A stretch of DNA of 64,000 bases from Lama glama (Eukaryota), in assembly GCA_028534125.1 (NCBI GenBank), contig CM052816.1, positions 51,276,001-51,340,000 of the forward strand. Reading direction: 5' to 3'. A program made the translations under genes and the position numbers. The notes under the pieces are model-generated. The model saw nothing but the letters and a program-made list of their open reading frames with translations, was not told the DNA's origin and ran no database searches. How positions within the stretch are numbered: the stretch's first letter is position 1; each line of letters starts with the position of its first letter. Shown here in pieces: positions 26,041-39,939 of this stretch.

Positions 26041-26629
26041 CATTACATAATAATACTGGACCCAGTAATTCATTCTACTAAAAAGGAATTTTACTATTTA
26101 ATGAAAATCCTTCTAAAACAAATAAGGTTTTAAATTCTAGTCAATGACCCACTTATTTCAAATAATATATTATACAATGGAACACAATGAAATGTATTTA
26201 CACAAATAAAAAACCTGGCAGAACTCCAGTTTATATGATTTAAATTCAATTAAAGAAAGCCTTTAGAGTGCTTACTATGTATAGTAAGCACCAAGGATCT
26301 AGAAACAAGCATATAGAAACAAAATTCCTGCGGTCAAGGAGCTTTCAGATGACTATGGGCATTGAAGCAAGTATACAGATAATCACCATACAAAATTGTG
26401 CATCAATTATATGGAAATACAGAGGAGGAGCTAAGCCAAACTTAGGGGTCAGGGTTGCCTTAACTGAAGGAGATAATACTTAAATTTAATCTCAAAAAAA
26501 CATGTAGTGATTATGGGCAAAAGACTCAACCAAACAAATCACAAAGGAAGGTACAAAAAAACTAATAAATGTATGAAAAAGTGCTCAAGTGAAATAGTTT
26601 TTAGGAATGCAAATTAAAACCACCCTGTG

Positions 26630-27345
26630 GCCTCAGGAGGCAGGACTTCAAATCTTCTCCAAAAAACAACTTTGAAACTGTTCAGAATTGTTAAAAACAA
26701 CCATTTCAGGAATCTGGCAATCAACCAAAGTCAAATAACATAGTAAGAAGCACTTATTCATGAAACACTGTCGAAATTAAGGTAAGAACAGTGGGACTCT
26801 GTGGCACTCCTGCCTGGGGCTACTGCCATCCCTCCCTTGTGGTCAGGTGGTCAGGGCGAGGGTTCCCCTGGACCACAGGCTTGGACAGCTTCAACACCAG
26901 ACAGGCCCAACTAACTTGGCGTCAAAGATGAAAATATGCAGTCCAGCAGCGTCGCCAGCAAAAGTAGACATCTCAGGAGCAAGTCTGAGGTAGCCATCCC
27001 AGTTGGGACAAGCAACCTCCTGACAACAAAACCGTAAAGGTAATAAGTAGATTCTGGAAATGAGAGATCACAGAGCAGCTTGAAGTCTACAAACAACCCT
27101 GGCTGTCTCCCACCCACATGCCTCAAGAAAACCATACTGTTCTCACATCCGGGGCTGATGGTGGAGCTGCTCACACGAACAGAGCACATGGGAGAAACTA
27201 GAAGGCAAGGCAGACTAGAAACCTGCCTGAACTTTGAATGTGCTCCCGAACCTACATACAGATCCTCAAGAAGGGTGGAAGTATTACTATATCCATCATG
27301 CTCAGGTGTTCCAGCATAACCTCTGACCACAAAGTTATGCATAAA
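26630..27345 (+). mobile_element. Probable ancient L1 5' region fragment
   Basis: aaaaacaaccatttcaggaatctgg and ctgaactttgaatgtgctccc resemble L1M 5' ends. Confidence 0.45.
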
Positions 27346-27429
27346 TAAATGTTGAGCAAATGAAGCCAGACTAAAAAGAGTACATCTTTTATAGGCATGA
27401 ACTTTATATGCTTAGCTAAGGAGACTGAT

Positions 27430-28080
27430 TATATCCTGATATAATGGAGAATTACTAAAGGATTTTAACCAGGGAGTAATGGATTGGAATTGTGTTTTAT
27501 AAGATCACTTTGGCAGTGTAGAAGGCAGGTTGGCAGAGAGCAAGATCAGAGACAGAGAGCAGAAACAACAGCCTGGGCCAAGTCAGTGGCAATGGGAAAG
27601 GAGGGCAGAGGAGGCAGAGAAAGCCAATTAGACAGATTTTTAAAGGTGGAATAAACTGATATAATGATCCATCAGGTCTACATATTGAGAATACAGAGGA
27701 ATGTAAAAGCCTTCAGGTTCATGGCCTAAGCCAAAAGGATGGTAGGACCATCTACTACAACAAAGAATTCAACTGACTGAAAGATGATGAGCTCAATTTT
27801 GATCATATTGAGCTCAAGGTTACAGAACTCTAATCTGTGAGATCACTTATGTGATCAAACTTTGTATAAAGGCTATTATTTAGAAAAAGATAAGAAATAT
27901 ATGGAAATACAAGACTCTAGTGGTCCAAAGACCTGGGTTCTTGCTCCAGTTGTAGCTCAAACTTGGGGCAAGTCAATTGTTCTCTTGGTGCCTAAGTTTA
28001 TTCATTTATTTAAACTATCTTGATACAAAATGAAGAAAATAAGACTGCCCTATATACTTACAAAGTGTCATGAGCTAAAA
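27430..28080. mobile_element. L2 fragment and MIR
   Basis: aagatcactttggcagtg (L2); aagacctgggttc...ttggggcaagtca (MIR). Confidence 0.55.
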
Positions 28081-30439
28081 AGAATTCTGTAAAGCAAGAA
28101 TACATGCAATTGCTGCTATAGTGCCTAGTTGGTTCTGGGAATTGTCACTAATACAATATGACCAAAATGAAGCCATAAATATTAGAAAAGAAACCGTATT
28201 TTCGCTATGTCAGATGACATGGAAAGCACCAAGAATTATTTCTAAAAGCACAAGAAGCAGTAAGATAGTTCATTTAGGTAACCAGTTACAAATATACCCA
28301 GCAGAATCAATCTTTAAAGTGAACACCTGTTGTAATCCTAAAAGGGAAGACAATGTTGTAGATATGTAATGCCACTCCAATATTATAAATTTAAAAGAAC
28401 AACCATTGAAATCTCAAATGGGAAATACAGCAACACTTATTTAAGTGTACCTAAAAATGAAAGCCTACATATGAAGGAAATTCACCAAAACAACATAACT
28501 GTATTTTTGATGACTTTTTTCTATTTCTACAAACATTCAAGATCATGGTAATGTTGTCTATAATTGGAAGCCTTATCCAAGGCTTTGGAAATAAGCATTT
28601 TTCAAGTTCAAGCATGAAATTAACTCATAATAGATCAGAGCAGACAGGCAAATCACCCTTAAGAGAGAGAATAGCTCTCCAGTCCGCAAGATTTCACTAT
28701 AATCTGACAGCAACCGAAAGAGACTGGTCAGTTATTCAAACTGAAAAAAAAAGATCAGTGGAGGAAATATTGGCATTGCCCATTACACTATTCGAGAAAG
28801 AGATTCTTACTCTACTAACTTTAAACAACTTGGCCTCAAAGATAAGACTACCCCTACTGCAGAGCAAGATGTATGATGCCACTCTCATATTATGCTATGA
28901 AATATTTCATTCATACAACTGCACATGAGAATTTATACTCATTCTATGTTCACATGAGTGTTATTTGCCTACCTACAAAAACAAAAATGAGTATCATGAT
29001 GACAGGAGCATTCAGTTCATTTAACAATTTTATTCATTATAAATTGATAAATTAGACTTTGATATATTTATATCAGGATATCACTGTTCAAGAATATATA
29101 TACATATTCTTTGACACTGCATGATGTGGATCCCTCTTTCTTTGAGAGACAGCTCCATTCCATTCTATCTGAATCTGAGGGTCAAATTCTGTGCTTAATA
29201 AACTTACCAGTGTTAACTCCCTACAAAGTTTTTTGAAATACAGCCTGCCAGCCTGCCTGATGAACCCAAACATCACCCCATTAGGCAAAAATGTGCTTTT
29301 AATTGGTAAAAGTGCACAACTGCTATCATTATTTAAACTCAATTGATAAATCTGTAAAGTATTACAGCTTTCCTTTCTCTGATACTCTTGATAATCTTTA
29401 AAAATGATATTCAAAAATATTTAATTCACAAGTGATACAACCTGTTCTTGAAATGATTGCTTAAGATTTGCATATGCTTAAATGACAGATCGTATCATAA
29501 CACACAAAAAAATTATGAATGAAAAATCTAGTGTAACTGACTATGATTCAATGTTTATTACAAAAACACAACATGCTGCTCCAAATGCATTTTTCTCCTA
29601 ATCTCCAAAGATAAACTAAAAAAAAAAAAAAACTCTAGTCTAATTAAGAGACCATGTGAATGCAATATATATAATTTTTATCTAGTGACATTTGGGGCCA
29701 GAAATGATATTTCATTAACTCACAGTAGATGAATTAAACAAATACAATATTACACTAAAACTAATAGCAGTAAGAGGCTCACAACCATCCTAAAAAGGAT
29801 TAATACAAGGATATATTAAAAAAAATTTTTAGTAAGTTGGAGGAAGAAGAATAAAAATTAGGCAAAAATTAAGTATTTCAAACCAACAAATATATTTGTT
29901 ACTCACATAAAGCAATATTATACTTAAGAAATCTATGGGAAATATCTATTCTTTCAGTAAACCTTAAAACTGTCAGTAAATTTTAGCAAAGAATATACCT
30001 AAACATATTGTTCATATAGAGATTAAAAAACTTAAGTGGATATTTAATATTTCACCTTTCAAATAAAAATTCTTACTTCCAAATATTAAATATACAAATT
30101 TCACAAAAATGAATGGATAGGCAAAGTAAAGTAACTGTATGTAAGATATTAATTTCATTATTTATTCTCTAATTTGACTATGTTTCTGATAGAAATATCC
30201 AATTGGGTTTATATCAGCAAATTTGAGACATGGTGAATAATTGGTCTTATCAGACATACTTGAAAAGCATTTTTAATCTTCTTTAATAATGTTGTACTTT
30301 AGAAATCAAAGAAGTGAAATCTCTTAACAGAATGAGGCTATGTAGTTCAAGATGTCATCATCTAACAGAAATTCACCCCCAATTCTCTGTTTAGTTCTCT
30401 ACTTCAAAAAAATCCTGACTCAAAATTTGCAGAAATAAT

Positions 30440-30775
30440 GGGTGAAGTTGTAAGACATCATAGTAAGCGAAATAAGGCAGTCACAAAAGGATAAATACTG
30501 TATGATTTCACTCATATGAGGGAGGTCCTTAGAGTGGTCAAATTCATACAGACAGAAAGTAAGAGTGGTTGCCAGGGGCTGGGGAGGGGAGAAAGAGAAG
30601 TTAGCGTTTAATGGCTATAGAGCTTCAAGTTTGCAAGATGAAAAGAGTTCTTTCGCTGAACAATAATGTGAATCTACTTAAGTCTACTGAACTAAACACT
30701 TAAAATTGGTTAAGATGGTAAATTTTGTTATGTATATGTATTTTATTATAATTTTTAAAATAAATAAAAATATGT
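30440..30775 (+). mobile_element. L1MB-type 3' end
   Basis: cagtcacaaaaggataaatactgtatgatt...cacttaaaattggttaagatggtaaatttt. Confidence 0.85.
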
Positions 30776-31849
30776 AGAAATACTATTTGATGTTTCTAGA
30801 GTCTTCCTGAGTTCATTCATTAATTTTAATATAAATGATAAATAAATATATGGTGCACTTGAAGAACTCATAATTTTAAGACATATGGGGAAAAAAAGAA
30901 AGCCAACTAAATTAAATTAAGCTATATTATGTTACTTCATATATGCCATATATGCTTTAAAACAGTATATTCCTGGCTGTGAGTTGTTAATTGCGGGAGC
31001 AAGGTAATAGGTACATGGGAACTCATCATACTATTCTATTTATTCTTGTATGCTTAAAATTTTTCATATAAGACATAATCATAATAAAGATAGCTGTGCA
31101 AAAAAACAAGGTGTGAAATTCAGCAGGGCAGTAGGATTGATGGGAACCGTAAGGTGGGTTTTCTAACAAAGCAGTATTAAAAGATAGAATGAAGAAAATA
31201 TGGAAATATTTTAAATCTATCTTAAAAATATGAATTTGATGTAATTAGGATAATGGAGAAGGGTTTTAAGAAAATCAATGTGAATTAATCAGAGAGAAAG
31301 ACTACTGAAAGGAAGGAATTAAAAAGGAATTTAAATATCAGGAATCAAAAAAATTTTTAATTGTTTTAATTTCTAAGAATAAAATAAAATTTAATAATTT
31401 TACTCTATATAAATTAGGAAATAAGCCCTTTCAATAAGCAGTTCCTAAGCTTATGTAAAGTAATCAAAACATTTCTAGTATGTTGCTATGAAATTTCAGA
31501 ATACAATCAAGTAGGTTTAACTGAAGAGATAGGGATTAATGGGGGCTGGGAAAGGGAGGATAGGTCTTTTAATTCTTCTTTAAGAATAACATATACAATA
31601 ATCTAGTACTAAATGTATAAAATCTAATCTCAAGTTTAGTAGAATATTTTGTTTTCAGTATCTGAATGTTTTCTCTTCCTGTTTCTGCTATACTAAAGTA
31701 AGAGCAGAAAGTTGAAAACCTATGGGAAATTATTTTATCAGTAACCTGTGAAAGGTGAAATCACAGAACTAATGGACACATATCTAGTGACAAAAACACA
31801 AAACAAAAGAAAAAATTTTAGAAGGCAAATTGAGGCATGAGGATTAGAA

Positions 31850-33437
31850 TCAACTTTTTCCAGACTCCTGTTAATGTTGATATTTTGATTTCTTCCCATG
31901 AATTACAAATGTTCTTAATGACATCTAGAATTATGAATCCTTTTCAGAAGGCTTTCAATTGACTTTGCCAATATCCAGTCAGAGGAATCACTATCTTTGG
32001 CAGCTTTAGCCTTCTGAAATGTATTTCTTAAAGAATAAGACTTGAAAGTTGAAATTACTCTTTGATCCATAGGCTGCAGGATGGATATTGTGTTAGTAAG
32101 CATGAAAACAATATTAATATCATTGTACATCTCCATCCTGGGTGACCATCCAGGGTGACCAAAATAGTAATGAGCTGTAATATTTTGATAGGAATCTTTT
32201 CCCCTAAGAAGTAGGTTTCAACAAAGGGCTTAATATAGTCAGTAAGCCATGTTAAAAATAGATGTGCTTTGTTGCTCCATTTATAGAACACAGGCAGAGT
32301 AGATTCAGCATCATTCTAAAGGACCCTAAGATTTTCAGAATGATAAATGAGCATTGGCTTCAGCTTAAAGTCAGCAGCTACATTAGCCCCTCACAAGAGA
32401 GTTAGCCTGTCCTTTGAAGTTTTGAAGTCGGGAATTGACTTCTCCTCTTCAGCTATGAAAGTCCTAGATGGCATCTTCTTCCAAAAGAAGACTGTTTTAT
32501 CTACACTGAAAATTTGTTGTGTAGTATAGCCGCCTTCATTAATGATTTCAGCTAGATCTTTGGGACAACTTGCTGCAGCTTCTACATCAGCACTTGCTGC
32601 TTCACCTTACACTTTATGTTATGGAGACAGCAGCTTTCCTTCAATCTCATGAACCAACCTCTGCCAACTTCAAACTTTTCTTCTGCAACTTCCTCACCTT
32701 TGTCAGCCTTCAGTGAGTTGAAGAGTTAGGGCCTTGCTTTGGATTAGGGAAGTTCTGACTGGTTTGATTTTTCATCCAGACCTCTAAACCTTTCTCCTTA
32801 TCTATGATAAAGATGTTTCACTTTCTTATTGTTCATGTACTCACTAGAGTAGCACACTTAATTTCCTTCAAGAACTTTTCCTTTGCATCCACAATCTGAC
32901 TGTTTGGCACAAGAGACCTAGCTTTTGACCTCTCTCAGTTTTTGACATGCCTTCGTCACTAAGCTTAATCATTTCCAGCTTCTGATTTAATGTGAGGAAC
33001 ACGTAACTCTTCCTTTCTCTTGAACACTTAGAGGCCACTGTAGGGTTATTAATTGGCCTAACTTCAATACTGTTGTGTCTCAGGAAATAGAGAGGCCTAA
33101 GGAGAGGGACAAAGATGTGAGAACAGCCAGTTGGTGGAGCTGTCAGAACACATACATTTATTAAGTTAGCTGTCTTAATGGGAGAGGTTCATGGTACCCC
33201 AAAACAATTACAATACTAATGTCAAAGATCACTGATCACAGACCACCATAACAAATATAACAATAATGAAAAAGTTTAAAATACTGCTAGAATTACCAAA
33301 AATGCGACACAGAGACACAAAGTGAGCAAATGCTGTTGGAAAAATGGCACTGATAGATTTGTTCAATACAAGGATACCACAAACCTTCAATCTGTTAAAA
33401 ACGCAATTAAAATGTTCAGTAAAACAAGGTAAGCCTA
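31850..33437 (-). mobile_element. Tigger1 (pogo/TcMar) DNA transposon, 3'-truncated and degenerate
   Basis: Starts TA|taggcttaccttgtttt (cf. Tigger1 CAGGCATACCTCGTTTT). Transposase remnant [26 protein letters not shown] in ORF 31915..32136. Confidence 0.92.
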
Positions 33438-33644
33438 TAATGTGTTTCAAACAACTGCATTCATTGTTATTTACCATCTTCTACTCCCCTTTCTTACTGT
33501 AGACAGTTCAGAATAATACACTACAGACCAGTATGGTATATTTAGTGCTACTAGATTTTCATAGAGTTTTCTGAAAATCTAACTACAATTTCACTTACAG
33601 CATTATTTCTATAACAAAAAGACAGTGAAAATTTCAGACAACTA

Positions 33645-33880
33645 ACTAAAAATTATATGTATCCATGTGCAAGAAACTGTGCTAAACTTTTTTAATGTAA
33701 ACCTCATTTAACCTATACAACAACCATATTAGGTGGGTATTACTGTTATTCCTATTTTATAGATACAGAAAATAAACTTTAGAGACATTAAGTCATTTGT
33801 CAAAATCCAGCTAGCAAATGGTTGAGGGAGGATTTGTACTCAGGTCTATCTAACTTTGAAGTCCATGCTCTTAACCATTA
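33645..33880 (-). mobile_element. MIR SINE
   Basis: ctcatttaacct...cctattttatagat...aagtccatgctcttaacca. Confidence 0.8.
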
Positions 33881-34369
33881 TCTTTAATATCAGATCATCG
33901 TGTTAAACAATGGCTCTCAACAAGAATGTACCACCTTTCTGAGGGGCTTGGTGATAGTGGAGGTAGGAGAACAAGAACTGTCCTGCCCAGATGCCAACTG
34001 TATCAAGCCCTGTTGAAAAATATTGATTTAGAAGTATTCTCCCTAATCTGCATACTTTCGGATATAAAAATTAGGATTATTTTAACTACTTTAAGAAGCT
34101 TCTTTCTTTAAAAAATTTTAAATTATTTACATGTTTCATTAATTCACACTGCTTATCTCATCAACTTCGCAGAAAAAAATGGTATTTTGCCTTACTTAAA
34201 AAGCTGAATTATACCAATTCTCTAAATACTGTCACAATTCTCTAAAAATTATAAAATAAAATTCGTGGTGTCTAAGTGATTGAAGACTAGGCTGAAACTA
34301 TGAGTGACAATATATGTACTCTTTAAAAAGTCTCTATATATAAGGCTACATGAGGTCCTTTTTAAAAAT

Positions 34370-34570
34370 AAGGCGCAGGAAAAGGCAGAGGAAGACATTA
34401 CAAAGTTGTACAAGGAACTTTTGGGGGTGATGGACATGTTCACTCTCATGATTGCAGTGCAGGTTCAAGGTCCATATATGTCAAAACTTACTCAATTATA
34501 CATTTTAAATATGTGCAGTTTATTATTTGTCAATTATCTATCAATAAAACTATTCTTACTATAAAAATAA
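34370..34570 (+). mobile_element. L1M 3' end fragment
   Basis: ggaactttttggggtgatgg...atatgtcaaaacttactcaattatacattttaaatatgtgcagttt. Confidence 0.75.
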
Positions 34571-34899
34571 ATTTCTAGAGCCTAAAAAGTAAAACAACAG
34601 TCTAAGTATTGTCTCCAAACAGTCCCACAAAAAGACTGAGATGTAATACAGATGGAAGGTTTAAAGGAAACAACCCAGTGACTGATTCACAATTTCCTTC
34701 GTAAATATGGTACAAGACTACAGAAATTAAGTAGCAAGAATACTAACACTTCAAAATACAGAAGAGAGGGGTTTCCTTGCCTGGAGCCCCTTTTCCTAAT
34801 TCAGATCAACAGCATGCACTGAGGCAGGACTGGGTGAGAAACCACAGTCACACCATGCAGGCAACCAATCCCAGAATTCATCCACTGGCCAAACAAAAC

Positions 34900-35195
34900 C
34901 CACATATTATGCATCACTGGCATGTTGGGTTTGGTCCTCACTATGTTTGAAAAACATCTTTTTAAATTAGTTGCCAACATTTAAAAATTCAGAGATTTCT
35001 CCCCTCAAATCTTTTTTACTTTTCTTGTAAGATCTGTAACCCTGGGCCCATGTTTCCAACCTGGTCTCAGGCCAAGCACTCTGGTCAGCCACAGGCCCCA
35101 AGACTCAGTGTCCATATCATTTTGCTCCTGGCAGTTTGACCCATTTACATTGCCATACCAGGTCTACACAGAGTTTTGAGTTTGCAGTCCTTGCC
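34900..35195. mobile_element. MER102-like hAT element
   Basis: aattagttgccaacatttaaaaatt...tttgagtttgcagtccttg. Confidence 0.55.
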
Positions 35196-35518
35196 CTGAG
35201 GCTATCGAGATTTTCTCTGAAGAATGTTTTGTTTTATGTTGATACTATCTACAGGCTCACCCTTACATTAAAGAGAAAAGTCCTTAATTAGAGGTGCAAT
35301 TCTCACTCCAAAGGGTAGGGAACTTTTCTAACTCAGCAGGAAGTGGCAGCAAACAAGAAACTAGACTTAAGCCATACCCATCCCAGAAGTAGAAGCTGGG
35401 CCAAGAATAAAAACAAATCCTGGAAACTGGTTCTTAGGGCACTAGTTTCAACAAATTCACTGAAGAAATTTCTGCCAGATATAATTTCCCTCCTGGAAAT
35501 CTTCCCCAGGGCCCCCCA

Positions 35519-35570
35519 ACACACACACACACACACACACACGCACGCACGCACGCACGCACAAGCACAC
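35519..35570. repeat. (CA)n/(CGCA)n microsatellite
   Basis: Directly visible. Confidence 0.95.
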
Positions 35571-37139
35571 ACTTCCCACTCCATCCCTAATCTTCCCCTC
35601 CCCCATTCTACTAGGTCACTGAAATATTAACAGGAATCTCTATTATCCTGCCTCCAGCTTAAGATAAAAGAAAAATTCTTTTTTTTTTCCCTTTAACCTG
35701 GGGAAAAGGGAAAGTTCCCATGGAATAATCACACAAATTATTACAGGACAAAAGGAGTCAGAAACCTATACATATCCAATGAATAAACAAGCAGCATTTT
35801 AATCATTATATATCAGAAGCATTAACATTAAAGTCAGAAAGAACAAAGAGAGCTGTTATTACTGTTAAGATTTTCCTACTCAATCCGTTAAATAATACAG
35901 AGAAATATTACCAAGAAACCAACAAAAACCTCCTCATTTGCAGATAATCTCACTCTACCTAGGAGACACAAGAGAAATCACTGAAAAACTATGAAAACTA
36001 AAAGGAGAATCCATAAGATGATTGAATGGTCACTAAATTAAGTCAAAAATTAGCAGTTCTTTTATATGTCAATAATAATCATAGAAGAAATAAAATGAAT
36101 AAAAATTCAAACATAATAGCAAACAAACATAAAATACTCAGGAACAAAATTAATAAAAGGTACTAGTAAGGTCATGTTATCCTGGAGCAAAAGACACTTC
36201 AAGGGTTTATGACTCTCTCATCACTAACTTAGAATGGAGAAGAATCCACCACTAGAAATTGACTCTACACCTTTGAACCGTCATATGAGTCCCCTTGTCA
36301 AAGCTTAGCTGGCATGTGACTCAAGAGGAAATCATGGCTTCTCTCCCCAGTGACAATCTAGACCTGATCAAGACCTGCATTTCCCTGGCCTCTAGTTCCC
36401 TGGCCAGTCATAGGAATCAGCTCAAAACTGTTCACATTTCTCAGACCTCATATAGAAAACAGAGCTAATCAGCATAGATTCAGGACTCATCATTATTTCA
36501 GGAATCAGATAAGATGCTAAGCACAGAAAACTTACTTATTCTCTAAGAAAGGGACTTCAAGTGACTCTTAAAGAGCTTTTGGCAGAGAACCTCACTAAAT
36601 GTATGTGTGGAAATAAATGAGTAGAAAGACCTTTTACATTATTATTACTGAATAATAATTTAATTATTGAATAGAACCAAAAGAAAGAATGTTTTAGAAT
36701 GTGTTTATATTATTAAGAAGTCCCCAATTAATACAGTCCTCAATATTTCAGAATTTGTGATTGATTGACTATGGTTTGGTTTCAGGATTATCTTTCCACT
36801 ATCTGAACAATAGTAGTTTCCTAAGAAGATTAATAGTGTAAACAAATGGCTTGAAGCACCATAGAAGCATCTGTTTACATTCAAATAATTAATATGCTAA
36901 GCACTCTTATCTATTAAATTAAAGCAGGTCACCTAAGGACTTTTCTAGATAATACTTCATTAGCCTAATTATAACGAGTATATATAAGTTGAAGTAATAA
37001 AATGGACATCTGTTTTAAAACATTCTTCAATTTAAGCTTTTTACTAAATCAAACTAGCTTTCATATATTACTTTCAATTACTGAGGTTTTACTTGGGAAA
37101 AAAAAAGCCCTCCATTGAAGTAGGAAATAAAATTCTTAC

Positions 37140-37247
37140 CTTTGAAGTTCTCCATTCCCAACCATCTCCTATCTGCTGTGAATGTTTAATGAATTCTGCA
37201 CAATCATGCTGGAATGTTTTTTCTCCAAAGAACTCATCTTCTTCCAT
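37140..37247 (-). CDS. ATG10: ATG10 (E2-like ATG12-conjugating enzyme), first coding exon, codons 1-36
   Basis: Minus-strand translation [36 protein letters not shown] matches the recalled human ATG10 N-terminus ([36 protein letters not shown]). Ends in a phase-0 donor AAG|gtaaga. Later exons were not found in the window. Confidence 0.96.
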
Positions 37248-37259
37248 ACTAAATGATAA
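37248..37259 (-). other. ATG10: ATG10 exon 2, 5' UTR portion (12 nt)
   Basis: Acceptor tttttatatttcag|TTATCATTTAGT-ATG; whole exon is 37140-37259 (120 nt). Confidence 0.9.
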
Positions 37260-38392
37260 CTGAAATATAAAAACTAAGTATTAGCATCAGCTGTGGAATG
37301 AATACTGAAAGGCATTCTGCTAATTCACTTATTTCTTTAAACAAACCAAAATTTGGGATGTAGACTGGAAAATAACCTCAGAGCCATTCCCCAAAAAAGT
37401 GTTTTGTTTCTATCTTTCTCACCCTATCCCCATTTTTTAATCAGGAAGAAAATGAATCAACTCCAAACTTAGATTTGTAACAAATACATATCTATGGTTC
37501 AAAAAGTTTAGTTTGTCCATAAATTCAGTTTCAATAATTATTAATTAGTATTATATTACTTCTTCCAAGCTAATACTTCCAAACAACCTCCTCAGAACTT
37601 CCTTCTCTATCTCCTACCTTAGCTCTCACATAGATAGCATGACAGTGACTAGTAGAATTGGGCTGTTCTTCACATTTTATTAGAATTCAACTCACTAACA
37701 AATGATGTTCTAAAGCCTGAAAGTATTTGTTTTGCAAGGTGTAAGGTTATGATCACCTAATTAAGTACCTACTTTATTGAGTTTACAAATGTGACAAATC
37801 GAAGATTACTCATATACCTGTTATATAAATCTGTCCAAAACATAAAACATTATTTATAAAAAGAGAATTTTAGAGCAGCTGGAAGGAAACTCACAGATTA
37901 TGTATTGATGAGAAAAGTTGGTCCAAGTGAATTCCCACATTCTCCTCATTAGTGATAAGCATCATCAGGACACTTAGCACTTGTTAACTGTTTTACTATG
38001 TCAAGTACTTAATGCTAGACACTTCCCCTTCCCATTTAATCCTCACAAAACTCAAAGGTTGTTGTTTTTCTCATTCCTCAAATGAAAAAGAGAAAATAAT
38101 CTGCTGAAGAATGAAAGTGAGGAAAATTCAAACCCCAGTTTGGCTCCAGGACCAATGATCTGTCCATGCAAGCTGATTCTCAGTCCAGTGTTCTTTCTGA
38201 TTATTCAAATTTAGTATGACCTATATAAGAATTTGTTCATTCATCCAACAGTTACATACTAAATATCTACTAGTAGGCACTGTACATAGGTAAAGGTTAG
38301 CTATAGAAGAAATGAAAAAAGATATAGCCCTTGCCAGGAAAGAGCTGTAAGAACTCATCTTGCAATGAAAGGAAATAAGCAATAATAATAAT

Positions 38393-39072
38393 TACAATAG
38401 AAACTCTCTTAATCAACCTCCATTCAACTTGCCAGATTAATCGACACAGTGTCCATTCTCTCTGTAAAAAGTAATGTCTACAGCATTCTGATTATGAAAC
38501 ACCTCTGCTCCCATCGGCTGAGTGTATGTTCACAAACCACATTCATGTATTATAAATATATACTTATAACGAAATGCAACACAAACCAAACCAACAAAAT
38601 GTAAGTAAAAAGAAAGAAAACTGTTATTTCTATGGTGTGAACTTTATAAAAAATTGGAAAGACTATAAAGGTAAGTCTTCATAAGGAAAACATACTACTG
38701 AATTACTTATAGACAATGCAACTGAAAAGACGGACTGAGGGAAAAAAAATCATACAGATCTAGGATTCCACACTCAGACAACTGCACAAGTGGCTTGAGT
38801 TTTCTTTTGAACCAAAACTAGAAATTTAGAGGATGCATTCCAGGTTCAGTGTAATTAAGAATGAACAATGAATTCCAATCAAGTACCCACACTCAAAGAA
38901 AATCCCTTGGCCATACATGAGAAAATTGGCAAATGAATATGTTTATATCTTTTAAGTTGAAATAAAATGTTTCAAATATGCAGGTATTATTTTTTTAACA
39001 CTGGCCTTAATCAAAATTTTTAGTTAATGGCTTAACTCTCAATTCTGATAGCACTGGGAAAGAGAACTTCTA
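38393..39072. mobile_element. TcMar-Tigger-type non-autonomous element
   Basis: Imperfect terminal inverted repeats tagaaactctctt (~38398) and aagagaacttcta (~39060), inserted between L2 fragments. Confidence 0.55.
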
Positions 39073-39939
39073 GTTAAAGTACAAACAATGGAGCTCTGCA
39101 CAGATTATGGTAGGCACAAGAAGAGTCCCTTACGAAGAGCAGATGGTAGAGGAAAGTGTCCGGGGTAGGGGTGGAGATAAATCTTTAAGGAAAGTAGGAG
39201 TTGTTGCAAGGCAAACTGTCCATTAGTGAAGCACTGGGGCTAAACAGTGGTCCAAGTAGGGAGGATGGTGTGAACAAAGGTAAGTAAGGGGGTAGAGAAC
39301 TGGAAGTTTGATGTCACCAACATGATGCAGAGAATGTAGACAGTCAAATCCCATGCAAGATAAACCTGTCTGCACTCACTAGTGGAGCATAAATAATGGG
39401 AAAGGCCTCAAAAGATACAAGATAGAATAGAAATTAACTTCCTGAAAGGAGACTTGTATGCCATCCCAGAGTTTGGACCATTTCCATAAGAAACTGAGAA
39501 TCAGACCTTGGAGCTGAAAAGGTCAGAATAGTAAATTATTGTTGATTCTGTGGAGGATGGATCTGAAGGGCACAGCCTGAAGGCAGGGAGAAGAGTTAGA
39601 AACTGTTGCAGTGGTCTGGATGAGAGGTCATGAGGACCTGAACCCAAGCAATGAAAGGTAGCAAAAGGAATACACATCTTAAGTTATGAAGAGAAGCTAA
39701 GATCAACTTAGGAGACATGGAAGCCATCTGTTCAAAAGAGACAAATGAAGCCATGAGGATGAATATCGCTCAGCTAGAATGCATATGGCAGATTCTTAAT
39801 ATGGCTTCTGGTGGACCATGAAAGTTTACACTAAATTTTGAATGTACATGCCTATCTATATGTTGGGAAGGTAGATTCTGTCATTTTCAACAGATTGTTT
39901 GAGGGGTCTTAACCAAAAAGTTACAAACCTCTGAGCATA

